A stretch of DNA of 64,000 nt. Origin: a virus. The notes below the pieces were generated by a model. That model saw only the letters and a list, made by a program, of their open reading frames with translations. It was not told the DNA's origin and did no database searches. This document shows, piece by piece, positions 10,798 to 21,164 of the stretch. Within the stretch, counting starts at the first letter, position 1. Every line of letters begins with the position of its first letter. The translations under genes were made by a program, and so were the position numbers. The stretch covers positions 78,582-142,581 of IMG/VR virus record IMGVR_UViG_3300045412_000261; one strand, written 5' to 3'.

Positions 10798-11921
10798 TAT
10801 TTACTGACTTTAAAATATATAGAATCATCAATTGTTTTTTCAATGTCTCCTCCATCCATTTTCACTTTAATTAAAACTTTATAATATCGATTTGGAAGAA
10901 ATGTATTAAAATTTACTTTAAAATAATTTCCTTTACTATCACAGCTTATTACATTATTATCATCAAATGGGACAACATACATAGATGTTTGTTCATCTTG
11001 TATAGCATAGTAAGAAGATGTTGGTAATCTTTTACTTGATATATAATTAGATGATGTAGAATATGTTTTAACTGGGATTCTATCTCTTACTAAGAATCTA
11101 AATTTTGTTTTATCTGTTGGGTAGTAAGATGCTTTTTTATTTTTTAAATGTATGATGAAGTCTTCATTAGGTACTTGAGTGAATGAAGATGTTCCGGAGA
11201 AGTCTGCATCATTCCATACGATATCTATTCTTGGTATGAATATAGTGTGAGTTTCCCTGCCGAAAAATTTGATTGAGCCCATTTCTTCTGAACTCTTTTC
11301 ATCAACATCACTTCTTTTTATTATAAGTCCATTATTTTGAATAGAACCTGAAATCCATTTGTGAACAATGTTAGTTATGTCCATTCTAATATCAGGAATT
11401 TCTTGATCAAATGACTGTGATGCAACATAACCACTTTGGTAGTACCAATTACCACCTCCTTTTTGAGTAACATAAGAACCTGTAGTTCCAGCAACAAAAG
11501 AACCAGTAGTCCATTTTTTACCTGTATTGTTAAAATAACCATCTCTATATGTCCACGAGACTCCTTCTTTTATATAAGGTGCAGCAATAAAATATCCTTT
11601 TCCTTGATTCCACGATTGACTCACTGGATAAGCATATAAAGAATATGATAAAGATAAATTTTCTGCTTGAGCGGAGAATAAATTAAGGTAATATTTACTA
11701 GATTTTTTTATAGTTCCATTTTGAATTAATTTATTTATCTCAGCAGTATCTAGTTGCAATAATATTCTAGAATTGTAGTTATAATCCCAATAGATATTAT
11801 CAGAATCTATTGTTTTTGCTGTTATTTTTTCCAACTCAATTATTTGATCTAAACCTGTATTCATATCAGGTTTTCTCTCATAAATAGTTGCGTCTCTTGT
11901 TGGATATACTGAATATTGCAT
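10797..11921 (-). CDS. Virion structural protein (DNRLRE-like N-terminal domain)
   Basis: DATIYE..P..NTG.D..E..K and SRILLQ motifs; structural operon. Confidence 0.5.
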   Translation of the reverse strand: MQYSVYPTRDATIYERKPDMNTGLDQIIELEKITAKTIDSDNIYWDYNYNSRILLQLDTAEINKLIQNGTIKKSSKYYLNLFSAQAENLSLSYSLYAYPVSQSWNQGKGYFIAAPYIKEGVSWTYRDGYFNNTGKKWTTGSFVAGTTGSYVTQKGGGNWYYQSGYVASQSFDQEIPDIRMDITNIVHKWISGSIQNNGLIIKRSDVDEKSSEEMGSIKFFGRETHTIFIPRIDIVWNDADFSGTSSFTQVPNEDFIIHLKNKKASYYPTDKTKFRFLVRDRIPVKTYSTSSNYISSKRLPTSSYYAIQDEQTSMYVVPFDDNNVISCDSKGNYFKVNFNTFLPNRYYKVLIKVKMDGGDIEKTIDDSIYFKVSK

Positions 11922-11922
11922 T

Positions 11923-13809
11923 TTATGATAGATTTACTACTCTTCCTAATATGTCTTTATTTTTAAATTTAACTTCAAAAATAGATGGGTCTAAAGCAGG
12001 ATATAAAATATTATTTCTAGTCGCTGTAGCTATATCGTAATAATTTCCTGAATATCCCTCATCTTCTTTGTATTTATTATGTATATCAAAATTCAATATA
12101 TTTTTTACACCGGGTACATCCTTAATTAAACACATAACTTCACTTATATAAATAGGTTGACCTATCTGCATTTTATCATTAGAAAAATAATCTCTAAGAT
12201 TTGATAAACATTGTAAAAGAACTTCATTTGAATTATAAGTAGGGGATGTCAATATTTCAAAACTTATTGCTATATTAATAATGAAAGCATCTCTAATATT
12301 TATAGCGTCTGTCAACATCCTATATTGAAGTAAATAATTTTTAAGATTCATTTTTACTGCCATGTTTAAAGGAGTAAAATTCTTATTATTATCATATCCT
12401 AATAAATATAAATTTAAAGATAATGGATTTGGAACAAAATCAAATGTTCCATAGGCTCTAGTTTGTGCATCTCTTTCAATATGAGATTTAGCAATAGCTC
12501 CAAATTTAGGTGGCATAGTGTAACATCTTACCATATAGTCGTCTTTTGTCACCGCCCTATTTTGTGATGCAAAGTGATTTATAGCCTCCTCTCTTAAAAC
12601 TTCTATGGGCTTGTCAGAAATACCTCCTCTTGCTGGTTCTGGGTTATTTATAGCAAGAGATCCTATAGCTGCATTATATAGAGTAGAATCTAAAGCACCT
12701 AAAGGAGTAAGTACATTTATTGATGATATAGTAGTTATAGAATTAGCCGGAACATTATCAGGAATTCCTCCTCCTATTGTATATCGAACAGTTAAAGTAG
12801 TATTTGATGGAGCACTACCATAAGTCTTCGTGTACAAAAAGTTTTCAGGAGATATGCTTAAATCTACAATTCTTTCAAAATAGTTTAAACCAGATCCTAC
12901 ATTGAAAGGATTTGGTACAATTTCTTCGTCTACTTCACTACTAACACCTCCTCCAAATTGTATTTCAGTTCTGTCATCTAATCTAAGTCTAGTAACAAAT
13001 CTTTTTTCAGTTTGTAAATATGTCAATAAGTATGGAGCCGAGTCTCTATATTGAGATAAATTTTGATCATTATGCGGTAAATTCTGGACTGGAATAGGTA
13101 TTGTGTCTTGAGCTAAATAAGGAACTTCGTACCATTTATTTCCGTCCGAATCTGTTATGCTTAGTATTTCTAATACATTAGTTTCTGGTAAAGTTATCTT
13201 ATTGTAAGGTTTAGGTGTAGCAAACGTATATTCTCTAGATATAATAGTCCCAGAAACAGCTTTTACTTTTTTTCTAAACAAGTAGTTTTCAACTTCTCCT
13301 GTATTATCAATAGAATATACAGATATTTCAGTAGGGTCTAATGAAGAACTATATCTAAAATCAATAGAATCTATAGCCCTAAAAGTTACAGCTTCGTCAC
13401 TAGAAGCTATCATATTAGCATCTATAGCTAATGCATATTTAAAATCAGGTTTATTATTAGGTCCAGTTCCAGTAGCAGGAACTATTTGATATATATCCAA
13501 ATCTACAGATGCTCCTGTTATAAGGGCAGGTTTAAAACCTAAAGAATTAGCTATATTATATAAATTAATTTTTTCTTGTACAGTAGATAAAAGAGATTCT
13601 CTTAATTGTATATCAGTGTAAAAAGATAGAACATCTCCAACATAAGATGCTAACTCTATAAACATCATACCCGGGGAGGCTTCATTGAAATCATTATAAG
13701 TATCTGGAAAATAGTTTTTAGAAAAATCTATAAGAGATTGCCTAAATTCTCCAAAATCTTTATTTACATATTTTACATCCTTGCTAATTAAATTACTTCT
13801 TTTACTCAT
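11923..13809 (-). CDS. Baseplate wedge subunit, T4 gp6-like
   Basis: KDF...LIDF...YFPDTYNDFNEASPGMMFIELASYVGDVLSFY and QNRAVTKDDY motifs. Confidence 0.8.
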   Translation of the reverse strand: MSKRSNLISKDVKYVNKDFGEFRQSLIDFSKNYFPDTYNDFNEASPGMMFIELASYVGDVLSFYTDIQLRESLLSTVQEKINLYNIANSLGFKPALITGASVDLDIYQIVPATGTGPNNKPDFKYALAIDANMIASSDEAVTFRAIDSIDFRYSSSLDPTEISVYSIDNTGEVENYLFRKKVKAVSGTIISREYTFATPKPYNKITLPETNVLEILSITDSDGNKWYEVPYLAQDTIPIPVQNLPHNDQNLSQYRDSAPYLLTYLQTEKRFVTRLRLDDRTEIQFGGGVSSEVDEEIVPNPFNVGSGLNYFERIVDLSISPENFLYTKTYGSAPSNTTLTVRYTIGGGIPDNVPANSITTISSINVLTPLGALDSTLYNAAIGSLAINNPEPARGGISDKPIEVLREEAINHFASQNRAVTKDDYMVRCYTMPPKFGAIAKSHIERDAQTRAYGTFDFVPNPLSLNLYLLGYDNNKNFTPLNMAVKMNLKNYLLQYRMLTDAINIRDAFIINIAISFEILTSPTYNSNEVLLQCLSNLRDYFSNDKMQIGQPIYISEVMCLIKDVPGVKNILNFDIHNKYKEDEGYSGNYYDIATATRNNILYPALDPSIFEVKFKNKDILGRVVNLS

Positions 13810-13811
13810 TA

Positions 13812-14324
13812 TTATAGTATTTGAGCTGCCAAATCATTATTGGAATTATATATTATTATGGTTCGATTAGCACCTCTTTCTGTTACGGAAAAATTTATTC
13901 TAACATTAACGGAATTTTCTGCTTCAGAATATCCGTAATTTTGATTCCCTCCAATAACAACATCTAGACTTATAAGTACTATATAAGGTAGCCAAAAACC
14001 GATATCCTCTTCTAAAGATGTTTCTAAAAAACCTCTATTAAAAGAACTATTTTGCTCAAATACAAAATCTCTTAAGATAGTTCCAAAAGTAGGATGCATA
14101 TATCTCTCTCCTTTTCTAGTCATTAGTAAATTTATTAAATTACTAATAGCTTGATCTTCTGTTGTATAAGATAATTGAAAAGCTCCAACATCTCTAGCGG
14201 GTTTTTTATTATAAGCTTCTAATGGACTTTTAACATAAGTATTTCGATTAAAAGGAAGTAGTATGCCTACTGCTTTATCTAATTTTACATCAGGTGGATA
14301 TGCCTTATATATTATTCTAGCCAT
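13812..14324 (-). CDS. Baseplate wedge/sheath initiator, GPW/gp25 family
   Basis: NLINLLMTRKGERYMHPTFGT motif; directly upstream of gp6-like gene. Confidence 0.85.
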   Translation of the reverse strand: MARIIYKAYPPDVKLDKAVGILLPFNRNTYVKSPLEAYNKKPARDVGAFQLSYTTEDQAISNLINLLMTRKGERYMHPTFGTILRDFVFEQNSSFNRGFLETSLEEDIGFWLPYIVLISLDVVIGGNQNYGYSEAENSVNVRINFSVTERGANRTIIIYNSNNDLAAQIL

Positions 14325-14743
14325 TATTTTATTTTTTCCGCTTTCTTAAGCACAGGAGTATAATTTCTAGAAAGTAGCTTATTCATTAAATTACCTCCTT
14401 CCGATGAAGGTAATACTACTTTTCCATCCATATCAATAACAGGTTCATTTAGATAAGAATTTGATACGTTCGTATTTTCTGTGGTAACAGAAGGGCCGTA
14501 ATCCATTTCAGAACTATTAAAAGGAGAAGTACCTGAAAGTAAGGAATCTAAAGACTTATAAGTTTTTGACTTATCGTTTTCATTTTTATATATAGGGGTT
14601 GTAATCTTATTTGAATTTATAGAAGTGCTAAAATTACTATATGATAATTTATTAAATTCATCCCTAATAATAGATCTTACTTCTTTTTTTAGTTCTTGGG
14701 ATATCTCTTTTATTAAAAATTTTATAAGTGAGTTCTTATCCAT
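14324..14743 (-). CDS. Hypothetical protein
   Basis: 139 aa ORF in operon, preceded by TATTTAT motif. Confidence 0.7.
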   Translation of the reverse strand: MDKNSLIKFLIKEISQELKKEVRSIIRDEFNKLSYSNFSTSINSNKITTPIYKNENDKSKTYKSLDSLLSGTSPFNSSEMDYGPSVTTENTNVSNSYLNEPVIDMDGKVVLPSSEGGNLMNKLLSRNYTPVLKKAEKIK

Positions 14744-14769
14744 GTTTATAATAAATATTTATTTTGTTA

Positions 14770-16722
14770 TCAATTTAAAAAATTAACTTGAACTATTTTA
14801 CTAAGGTCAACTAATTCATGAGATATATGAGCATAATTATCTTTATATAAATAAATTTCTAATTCTTTTCTTATGCAATCAGAATTAACTAATAATTTTT
14901 TCTCTACGAGCATAGAATCTTCTAATATAAATAAATTAGTATTAAGTAATTTGTTTATATCAGTATTGTATTTAAACTTATTCCCTACAATATACCAACC
15001 CGGCTTACAGTTTTCTCTTATTATTAATATCAAATAAACTACATCTGAAATAATAGCTTGAGTTCTTTTACTTTTTATTATCGAGACTATTTTATAAAAA
15101 TGACCATAACATCTTCCATCAGGATATATGTAATTAATTGGTATGCTTATTAAATCTAATTCAGGATTATAGGGGATTCCAGGGTTTCCAGGTCCACCTG
15201 GTCCATTAGGCCCTCCAGGCCCTCCAGGTTGTCCTGGCGGATTACCTGCACTTGGTCCTTCCGAAGGTGAAGAATTACCTTCACCTTGTGGTGTTCCGGG
15301 TAAATTTGCAGGAGTACCATCTGGTTCTGTAGCATTTCCACCAACTTCGGGAGTAGGATTTGTATTAGTATTACTAGCACCTCCTAGAGTTCCTGGTAGT
15401 TTTACATTAATTGAATTTATATAAGAGTCGATAGATAAATCAGGTAAATTACTAGATGGATTACCTATTGAATTAGTTTCAGATTCAGAACCTCCGGGCA
15501 TATCAGGAGAAGATGTTATAGAGCCTCCCACTTTACCGTCCATTCCGGGTATGCTATTTGTGAAGCCCGTAGGAGCAACTCTTGATAATCCATCAGTACC
15601 TAATTTGTAATTTGCAGGTAGTGCAGGAGGTTGTGGAAATCCTTGTGGACATCCTCCTTGCCAAAAAGGACTTATCGTATATCTTTGAAGAGCTAATATG
15701 CTAGGAAGCCATTGAGAAACTAAAGAGGGTCCAGCAGCTGTCGCTATTCCAGATATTCCGGCTACATTTTTTAATTGTTCCCATAACCCTTGAACAAAGT
15801 CAATAAGATCATCAAAATCAACATCATGTATATCTGTAGTTAATCTTATTTTAGATGCAGATAAATATAATGTTTTTTTAGCAATTAGCATCATATCATC
15901 TTTTTTTGCCTGCATAACAATCCTATCCGCATTTGTAGCAGATTGAGCTTTACTAAAACTTGGAATACTAGATAAAGGAGCGGGACAAGCTCTTACAGAA
16001 ACAAACCTAGATAATGCTTGATCAGAGGTCCAGTAAGTTGTGGAAAAATCATTTGCAGCATCCTCTATCGCATAAGATAATGAATCTTTTATTTGTCTAT
16101 TTGGTATATCTTTAACTTCGTTTGGTAATGGTTTATTAGGACCTAAAGGTTTATTTGCCACTATCGTTATTGGATTCCCTGCCTTACCGGATTTCCATGT
16201 AGGTTGAACAGCATGTTGTGGATGATTTCCAGTTCCAATACCTAATCTAATTGAAGATCCTCCTCTCCCCGTAAAAGTTGTATCTCCTTCAAACGGTTGC
16301 ATAAAATTAAAAGTGTAAGGCCTAGTAGGAAATGTATTACCGGGTTTTACAAATTCGGGTGCAGGTTTATTATCTTTAATTTTAGACCTATTAGTTACAT
16401 GAGGGATTTGATTTATTACCGGATCATTCGTGGTATTTATCGGGAGAGGAATATAATACATTACTTTATCCAAATTGGGAGCATCTGTACCATCATATCC
16501 AGTTAACTCAAATACAACTACATGCTCTCCTTTTAATGGAATATTTCTAAAATTTGTAAATAAAGGTCTAGCATAATGAGCTCTAACATTACCTATTAAT
16601 GATTCCGGATGCAATTTTACTTTTACGGATCCTAGTGGAAGAATTCTACCTTTATCGTCTTTTTGATTTTTACCATACGCCTTAAAGGTCTCTATCACTT
16701 CCGCCGATACTAAATAGCCCAT
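14770..16722 (-). CDS. Baseplate hub/spike, gp5-like N-terminal region with Pro/Gly-rich extension
   Basis: PLKGEHVVV, QPFEGD...GRGGSSIRLG, ADRIVMQAKKD motifs; position upstream of gp25. Confidence 0.55.
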   Translation of the reverse strand: MGYLVSAEVIETFKAYGKNQKDDKGRILPLGSVKVKLHPESLIGNVRAHYARPLFTNFRNIPLKGEHVVVFELTGYDGTDAPNLDKVMYYIPLPINTTNDPVINQIPHVTNRSKIKDNKPAPEFVKPGNTFPTRPYTFNFMQPFEGDTTFTGRGGSSIRLGIGTGNHPQHAVQPTWKSGKAGNPITIVANKPLGPNKPLPNEVKDIPNRQIKDSLSYAIEDAANDFSTTYWTSDQALSRFVSVRACPAPLSSIPSFSKAQSATNADRIVMQAKKDDMMLIAKKTLYLSASKIRLTTDIHDVDFDDLIDFVQGLWEQLKNVAGISGIATAAGPSLVSQWLPSILALQRYTISPFWQGGCPQGFPQPPALPANYKLGTDGLSRVAPTGFTNSIPGMDGKVGGSITSSPDMPGGSESETNSIGNPSSNLPDLSIDSYINSINVKLPGTLGGASNTNTNPTPEVGGNATEPDGTPANLPGTPQGEGNSSPSEGPSAGNPPGQPGGPGGPNGPGGPGNPGIPYNPELDLISIPINYIYPDGRCYGHFYKIVSIIKSKRTQAIISDVVYLILIIRENCKPGWYIVGNKFKYNTDINKLLNTNLFILEDSMLVEKKLLVNSDCIRKELEIYLYKDNYAHISHELVDLSKIVQVNFLN

Positions 16723-17134
16723 CTTGTAATTCTTTATCTATGCCTGTAAATTCTTTTAATAAGTCATCATCCCCTTTTTGTAACATCTTTAATTCCGTCA
16801 ATTCTTTTTGTGTTTCTAGAGATAATTCTTGAAGTAAATGCTCTTTTTCCTCCTCAGTTAAATTAAAATCACCATTAGATATAGACGATGCTCTACTATG
16901 CATTCTTTGTACAATAGCTGCCATTTTTATAAGTTGGTCATCATTTTTAACCATAACATCAAAAAATTCTTTAACAACAGGTAAAACAACAACAGCATCA
17001 TTTATACTTTGTACAACTCCATCTAATCCTTTTAGCGTCTTATCTAATTCTTTCCCTCTTTTCTTTGAGTTACTGTAAATCTCTTTTAATAGATTTGACA
17101 TGCTAAAATCATCAAATAATTTTATATCATCCAT
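16682..17134 (-). CDS. Hypothetical helical protein
   Basis: 150 aa ORF abutting the sigma factor gene. Confidence 0.7.
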   Translation of the reverse strand: MDDIKLFDDFSMSNLLKEIYSNSKKRGKELDKTLKGLDGVVQSINDAVVVLPVVKEFFDVMVKNDDQLIKMAAIVQRMHSRASSISNGDFNLTEEEKEHLLQELSLETQKELTELKMLQKGDDDLLKEFTGIDKELQDGLFSIGGSDRDL

Positions 17135-17135
17135 A

Positions 17136-17795
17136 TTATTTTTTCATGTATTTATTAAATTGTAAATCAAAATCATCTTTAAATATTTTTACTATTTTAG
17201 TGATTCTATTAGTATTAGTCATAGGGATGTTAGATCGTTCTCTTATTAATACATATAATGCTTTCTTATTAAATGCATATAAAGATTTTCGATGTTTAAA
17301 GATGTCTATAATAGAATCTGCAATAGATTTATCTAAATTGTTTTTAAATGTATGTCTAAATTTTTCATATAAATCATCTGTCCATAAATTCATAAAGTCA
17401 TCTAAAGATTCTTTATAATGTTTAATCACCACCTCATTTATTATATCTCTTTCTTCATCTATCTCCCATAACTCTGCTTCTCCTACTCTATTTTTATAAC
17501 CTTTTTTATTCTCCATAATAAGATAATTTATGGCAATACGGGTAAAAAAAGAATAGGCTTTAGCTCTTTCTTCATTATATCGATGCATTTTTATAGTCAA
17601 CATGGAAACTAATTGACAATGTAAATCTTCGTAAGGTAAATCAATGTACATGTATTTACCCATGTTTATTAAATTCTCCGCTAGTTTACAAAATGCAGGA
17701 TAAATGTTAGTTTCATATATTATATTTTTTTCTTTTTGTGAGTTTGAATTATTATAGTTTACTATAGAATTTTGTACGGTTTCATCAAAATACAT
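17136..17795 (-). CDS. Phage late-transcription sigma factor (T4 gp55-like)
   Basis: YF...I..YN...IYPAFCKLAENLIN...KAYSFFTRIAINYLI resembles sigma region 2 of gp55-like proteins. Confidence 0.65.
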   Translation of the reverse strand: MYFDETVQNSIVNYNNSNSQKEKNIIYETNIYPAFCKLAENLINMGKYMYIDLPYEDLHCQLVSMLTIKMHRYNEERAKAYSFFTRIAINYLIMENKKGYKNRVGEAELWEIDEERDIINEVVIKHYKESLDDFMNLWTDDLYEKFRHTFKNNLDKSIADSIIDIFKHRKSLYAFNKKALYVLIRERSNIPMTNTNRITKIVKIFKDDFDLQFNKYMKK

Positions 17796-17827
17796 TTTTT
17801 CTTTAATTTTATAATTTTATATTAAAT

Positions 17828-17855
17828 AAAAAAGTCACCCTAAAAGGTGACTTTT
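17828..17855 (-). terminator. Intrinsic terminator
   Basis: AAAAGTCACC-loop-GGTGACTTTT inverted repeat with T-tract on the minus strand, after 17864..18166. Confidence 0.75.
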
Positions 17856-17863
17856 CATGTTGA

Positions 17864-18166
17864 TTATTTTTTTTCCGAAGTGAAAAGTAAATCTAAATCT
17901 TCTATTGTCTTACTTAACTCTTTAAAAACTACCCCTACTTCGTCATCTGATTCAAAAGCTCCAATCCTATCTAAGGTTCTCATTGTTGCTAGTGAATCTC
18001 TTACTCTTGCTCTTATTGATAATATTACATTAAAATAATTATCATTTTCTTTCTCTAAATCATTTAAGTACTTTTCTGTTTCTTTTAGTAATTTTTCATT
18101 TTTAGAGAAATTTATTATGGCTATATATAAAAGTATTACGTTTAATATTATTGATGCTATTAACAT
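17864..18166 (-). CDS. Small membrane-anchored coiled-coil protein
   Basis: N-terminal hydrophobic helix followed by coiled coil. Confidence 0.7.
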   Translation of the reverse strand: MLIASIILNVILLYIAIINFSKNEKLLKETEKYLNDLEKENDNYFNVILSIRARVRDSLATMRTLDRIGAFESDDEVGVVFKELSKTIEDLDLLFTSEKK

Positions 18167-18177
18167 GTATTTATTTT

Positions 18178-18777
18178 TTATGGAGAAATCATTTGTCTTG
18201 CTGCGTCTGTGGAAGCCATAATGATTGATCCCAATGTTACTTTTTTAGTTTCTGGGATTTGTAAATATTTGGATGCAGTGTCATCGTATAGCCCCGCCTG
18301 AATTTTTATTGATACGTATTCATTGTAAGATAAAGTCACATATTTCTGTAAAAGATATAAAGATTTATCGGAGGCTACTAGAAATTTAGCTCCGTCATTA
18401 AATTTATATCCTCTGTTTAGATTTTTTCTATGCCAATCCGAAGTTTCTTCTACAAAGAATGGATCCTCGTCAACTCCACATAAACCAATAGAATTAAATA
18501 AAGCAGCAACTGTAAACTCCTCTAAATTAAAATCTAAAGCAATTTCTGTAGACTTATACAATTTGCATAGACCTAACCCAAAATTATAAGTGTTAATTGC
18601 AAAATGTAGTAAACCTCCTTCGTAGCAGTAATTGTTGTCCAAAAACATAGAAGCAGGCGAACTTTTTAATGTAGTTTCATAGTCGGTTAATAACTTCAAG
18701 AACTTTTCTTTTCTTTCGCCTACTACTCGCAATTCTAATAAATCCGTAAATTCTTTAAACAACTCTTGTGATTTCAT
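18178..18777 (-). CDS. HD-domain-fold protein with degenerate active site
   Basis: PAS...YEGGLLH, AALFNSIG (HD replaced by NS), DKSLYLLQ, IQAGLY (HDG replaced by QAG). Confidence 0.55.
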   Translation of the reverse strand: MKSQELFKEFTDLLELRVVGERKEKFLKLLTDYETTLKSSPASMFLDNNYCYEGGLLHFAINTYNFGLGLCKLYKSTEIALDFNLEEFTVAALFNSIGLCGVDEDPFFVEETSDWHRKNLNRGYKFNDGAKFLVASDKSLYLLQKYVTLSYNEYVSIKIQAGLYDDTASKYLQIPETKKVTLGSIIMASTDAARQMISP

Positions 18778-18859
18778 AAAAACTTTTTTGGTGTAACAAT
18801 TTATTTATTATTTTTGTTTATTTTGTGCCATTCTTTTATTTGAGCCGGGGACATATTTC

Positions 18860-20371
18860 TTAACTCCGATTCAGAGAGTTTTTTTTTACATTTGATTTTG
18901 GTTCTCTATAATTTCTACTTTTTGCTTGATTTGTAGGAGGAGGGAGTATAATTTCTTCTTCTTGCTCACCTGAAGAAATATCATAATCCTCATCTATAGG
19001 TTCAAAAGTAATATCTTCAACCATTTCTAATTCCTCTTCATTTATACTTGAGCTATTAAAACTACTAATTACTTCCGTTTTTATTTTAGGTTCGTAAATA
19101 TCAAATGAGTTAGTATCTTCATAAACTTCATTATCTATTTGTAGAGATCCTGCCATAACAGGAATATCAATAAGTTCATTTGTAGATTCTATACTATTAT
19201 TTTTTACCTTATTCTTACTTCCTGTAGGTCTACCTCTTCTTTTTGGTTTTGGTAAGTCTACAAATTTAGACCATGAAAAAGGACCTTGTAAATTATGTGG
19301 ATTTGTAGGTACTATTGAACCAATTATAGGCTCTCCAAAATAACTATTATTTTCTACAAAAGAACTAGTAAATTTTACTTTTTCATCAAAGTGTTTAATA
19401 TACTCTGCATCTTCTGGTGTCAAATCATCTGAATAAAATTCCGCTAAAGGGCTTCTCTTTTTTTGTTTTTCTGGGGTAGGATTTTCTTCAATAGTATTAT
19501 TATCTTTCTCATTATCTTCTAATATTACTTTTTGAGTATAGTGATAAGCAGTCAAAAGAGCGATAGCTAATGGGTCTGCTAAAAATACGATAACTAATAA
19601 AAACCAAAATAGTACTTTATCTAAACTTGTATTAGTTACTTCAGAAAGGTAAATGAGAGGACCTAATTCTACAGCTACATCATTACTTGACTTTATTTCA
19701 ATAATCTTTGTCTCATAATAAAAGATAGAATCGGAGATATTTGTAATGTCCACATATACTCCATCTCTCCTATTTTCCATTTTTCCAATGTCAGAATTAA
19801 GACCCTCAACTTGCTTTAAATAATCTTTTCTGGTAGATGCATTTGATCTTGTTGATGTTCTTCCTCTACTATCTGTATAAACATCTTTAGAATCATTCAT
19901 CATCCCGGAAGATGTCGTATTTCTTTGTAATCTTGTTTGAGCAATGTCTGAAATTATTTGCTTGTATTCATTTTGTAAGTCATTTTTCTTATCCTCGAAG
20001 AATTTCTTTTTCTCTTCAACCAATGCGACTTCTGATTTAGAAGCCATTAATTTATTCTTATTTTCAGTATATGCTTGAGATAGGATACCATAAACTCCAG
20101 AAGATGTTACAAAGATGACAAGAATCAAAAAAATTAATCCTCCTACTTTATATCCGAATGTCAATTTATCCCAATATCTATGAAGGAATGATGCGATTAC
20201 AAGTTTTGATACTTCTATACCGGCTCCTAAAAGAACAATAGCTATTCCTGCTCCGGCGAAAACTTGCGCTAGTCCTTTAACTGAAAAAAAACCTACGACA
20301 GATGCAAGAAAAATAGCGCAGGTTAAAAGAAGATATGATATTCTCTTTTGTGTTTTAATGTCTTTGGTCAT
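18860..20371 (-). CDS. Membrane protein: several TM helices, long coiled coil, acidic tail with AT-hook-like motif
   Basis: Hydrophobic N-terminal helices, coiled coil, further TM, KPKRRGRPTGSK. Confidence 0.7.
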   Translation of the reverse strand: MTKDIKTQKRISYLLLTCAIFLASVVGFFSVKGLAQVFAGAGIAIVLLGAGIEVSKLVIASFLHRYWDKLTFGYKVGGLIFLILVIFVTSSGVYGILSQAYTENKNKLMASKSEVALVEEKKKFFEDKKNDLQNEYKQIISDIAQTRLQRNTTSSGMMNDSKDVYTDSRGRTSTRSNASTRKDYLKQVEGLNSDIGKMENRRDGVYVDITNISDSIFYYETKIIEIKSSNDVAVELGPLIYLSEVTNTSLDKVLFWFLLVIVFLADPLAIALLTAYHYTQKVILEDNEKDNNTIEENPTPEKQKKRSPLAEFYSDDLTPEDAEYIKHFDEKVKFTSSFVENNSYFGEPIIGSIVPTNPHNLQGPFSWSKFVDLPKPKRRGRPTGSKNKVKNNSIESTNELIDIPVMAGSLQIDNEVYEDTNSFDIYEPKIKTEVISSFNSSSINEEELEMVEDITFEPIDEDYDISSGEQEEEIILPPPTNQAKSRNYREPKSNVKKNSLNRS

Positions 20372-20384
20372 GTTATTTTTTTTA

Positions 20385-20415
20385 CAAAGGTAGTCAATTT
20401 TTTTATATAATCAAC
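20385..20415 (-). promoter_or_regulatory. Bacteroidota-type housekeeping promoter
   Basis: TACCTTTG (-7) with TTG about 19-20 nt upstream. Confidence 0.55.
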
Positions 20416-20433
20416 TTTTTGCATATTTTTTTT

Positions 20434-20754
20434 ACATGTTTTTTACATGAATGCTATGTAATATAAAGAAAACAATTATGTATATAATTATGTTAAAATT
20501 ACATGTTTATTGTTTTAACATTTTGTTTTAAAGATATTAATGAGCATTAACATGAATATACATTTATACATGAATGTATGTCAACATATTTTTTTTGACA
20601 AAGGTTGAATATTTGAATGAAAGCATATAATTTTAACATTTTATTAACATGTATAGATTTTTGGCAGGGAAAACTTGATAAGACATCCCAGCAAAAAATA
20701 AAAAATTTAAAAAAACATGAAAAATACATGTAAAATCTATTTATAATAAACATG
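20434..20754. repeat. Cluster of nine ACATG motifs in the divergent intergenic region
   Basis: ACATG at 20434, 20445, 20501, 20550, 20568, 20647, 20715, 20726, 20750. Confidence 0.75.
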
Positions 20755-20804
20755 TAACAAACATTTATTGATAATTGATTATAAATTAAAACACATTATA
20801 CATT

Positions 20805-21164
20805 ATGACAACAATGATAAAAGCAATATCAGATTTTGAACATACCGGACATATGGTTTACTTAAAAAAAATATTTCCGGAAGCATTCTTTAAAATCAAA
20901 GCATTAACTGTACATTTTAAAGAAAAAGAAACATTAATTCCCATTGGAGGAGATGATGGGGAGATGAAAGCAGAAATTACATTATGCCCCACAATAAAAT
21001 GTCAATTCTACATCTATGCAAATAAAGATGTTTTCGATAATAAAGGAAATGCTTTAGTTCCTTACATTATAGATTTAGATGTTGATGAAACCAATGATGT
21101 AGAAGATTTGTTAGATAAATTAAAACAAATGCTACAGGATGAATTTAAAGAAAAGATTGAATGA
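20805..21164 (+). CDS. Hypothetical protein
   Basis: 119 aa ORF after TATTTAT motif. Confidence 0.7.
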   Translation: MTTMIKAISDFEHTGHMVYLKKIFPEAFFKIKALTVHFKEKETLIPIGGDDGEMKAEITLCPTIKCQFYIYANKDVFDNKGNALVPYIIDLDVDETNDVEDLLDKLKQMLQDEFKEKIE

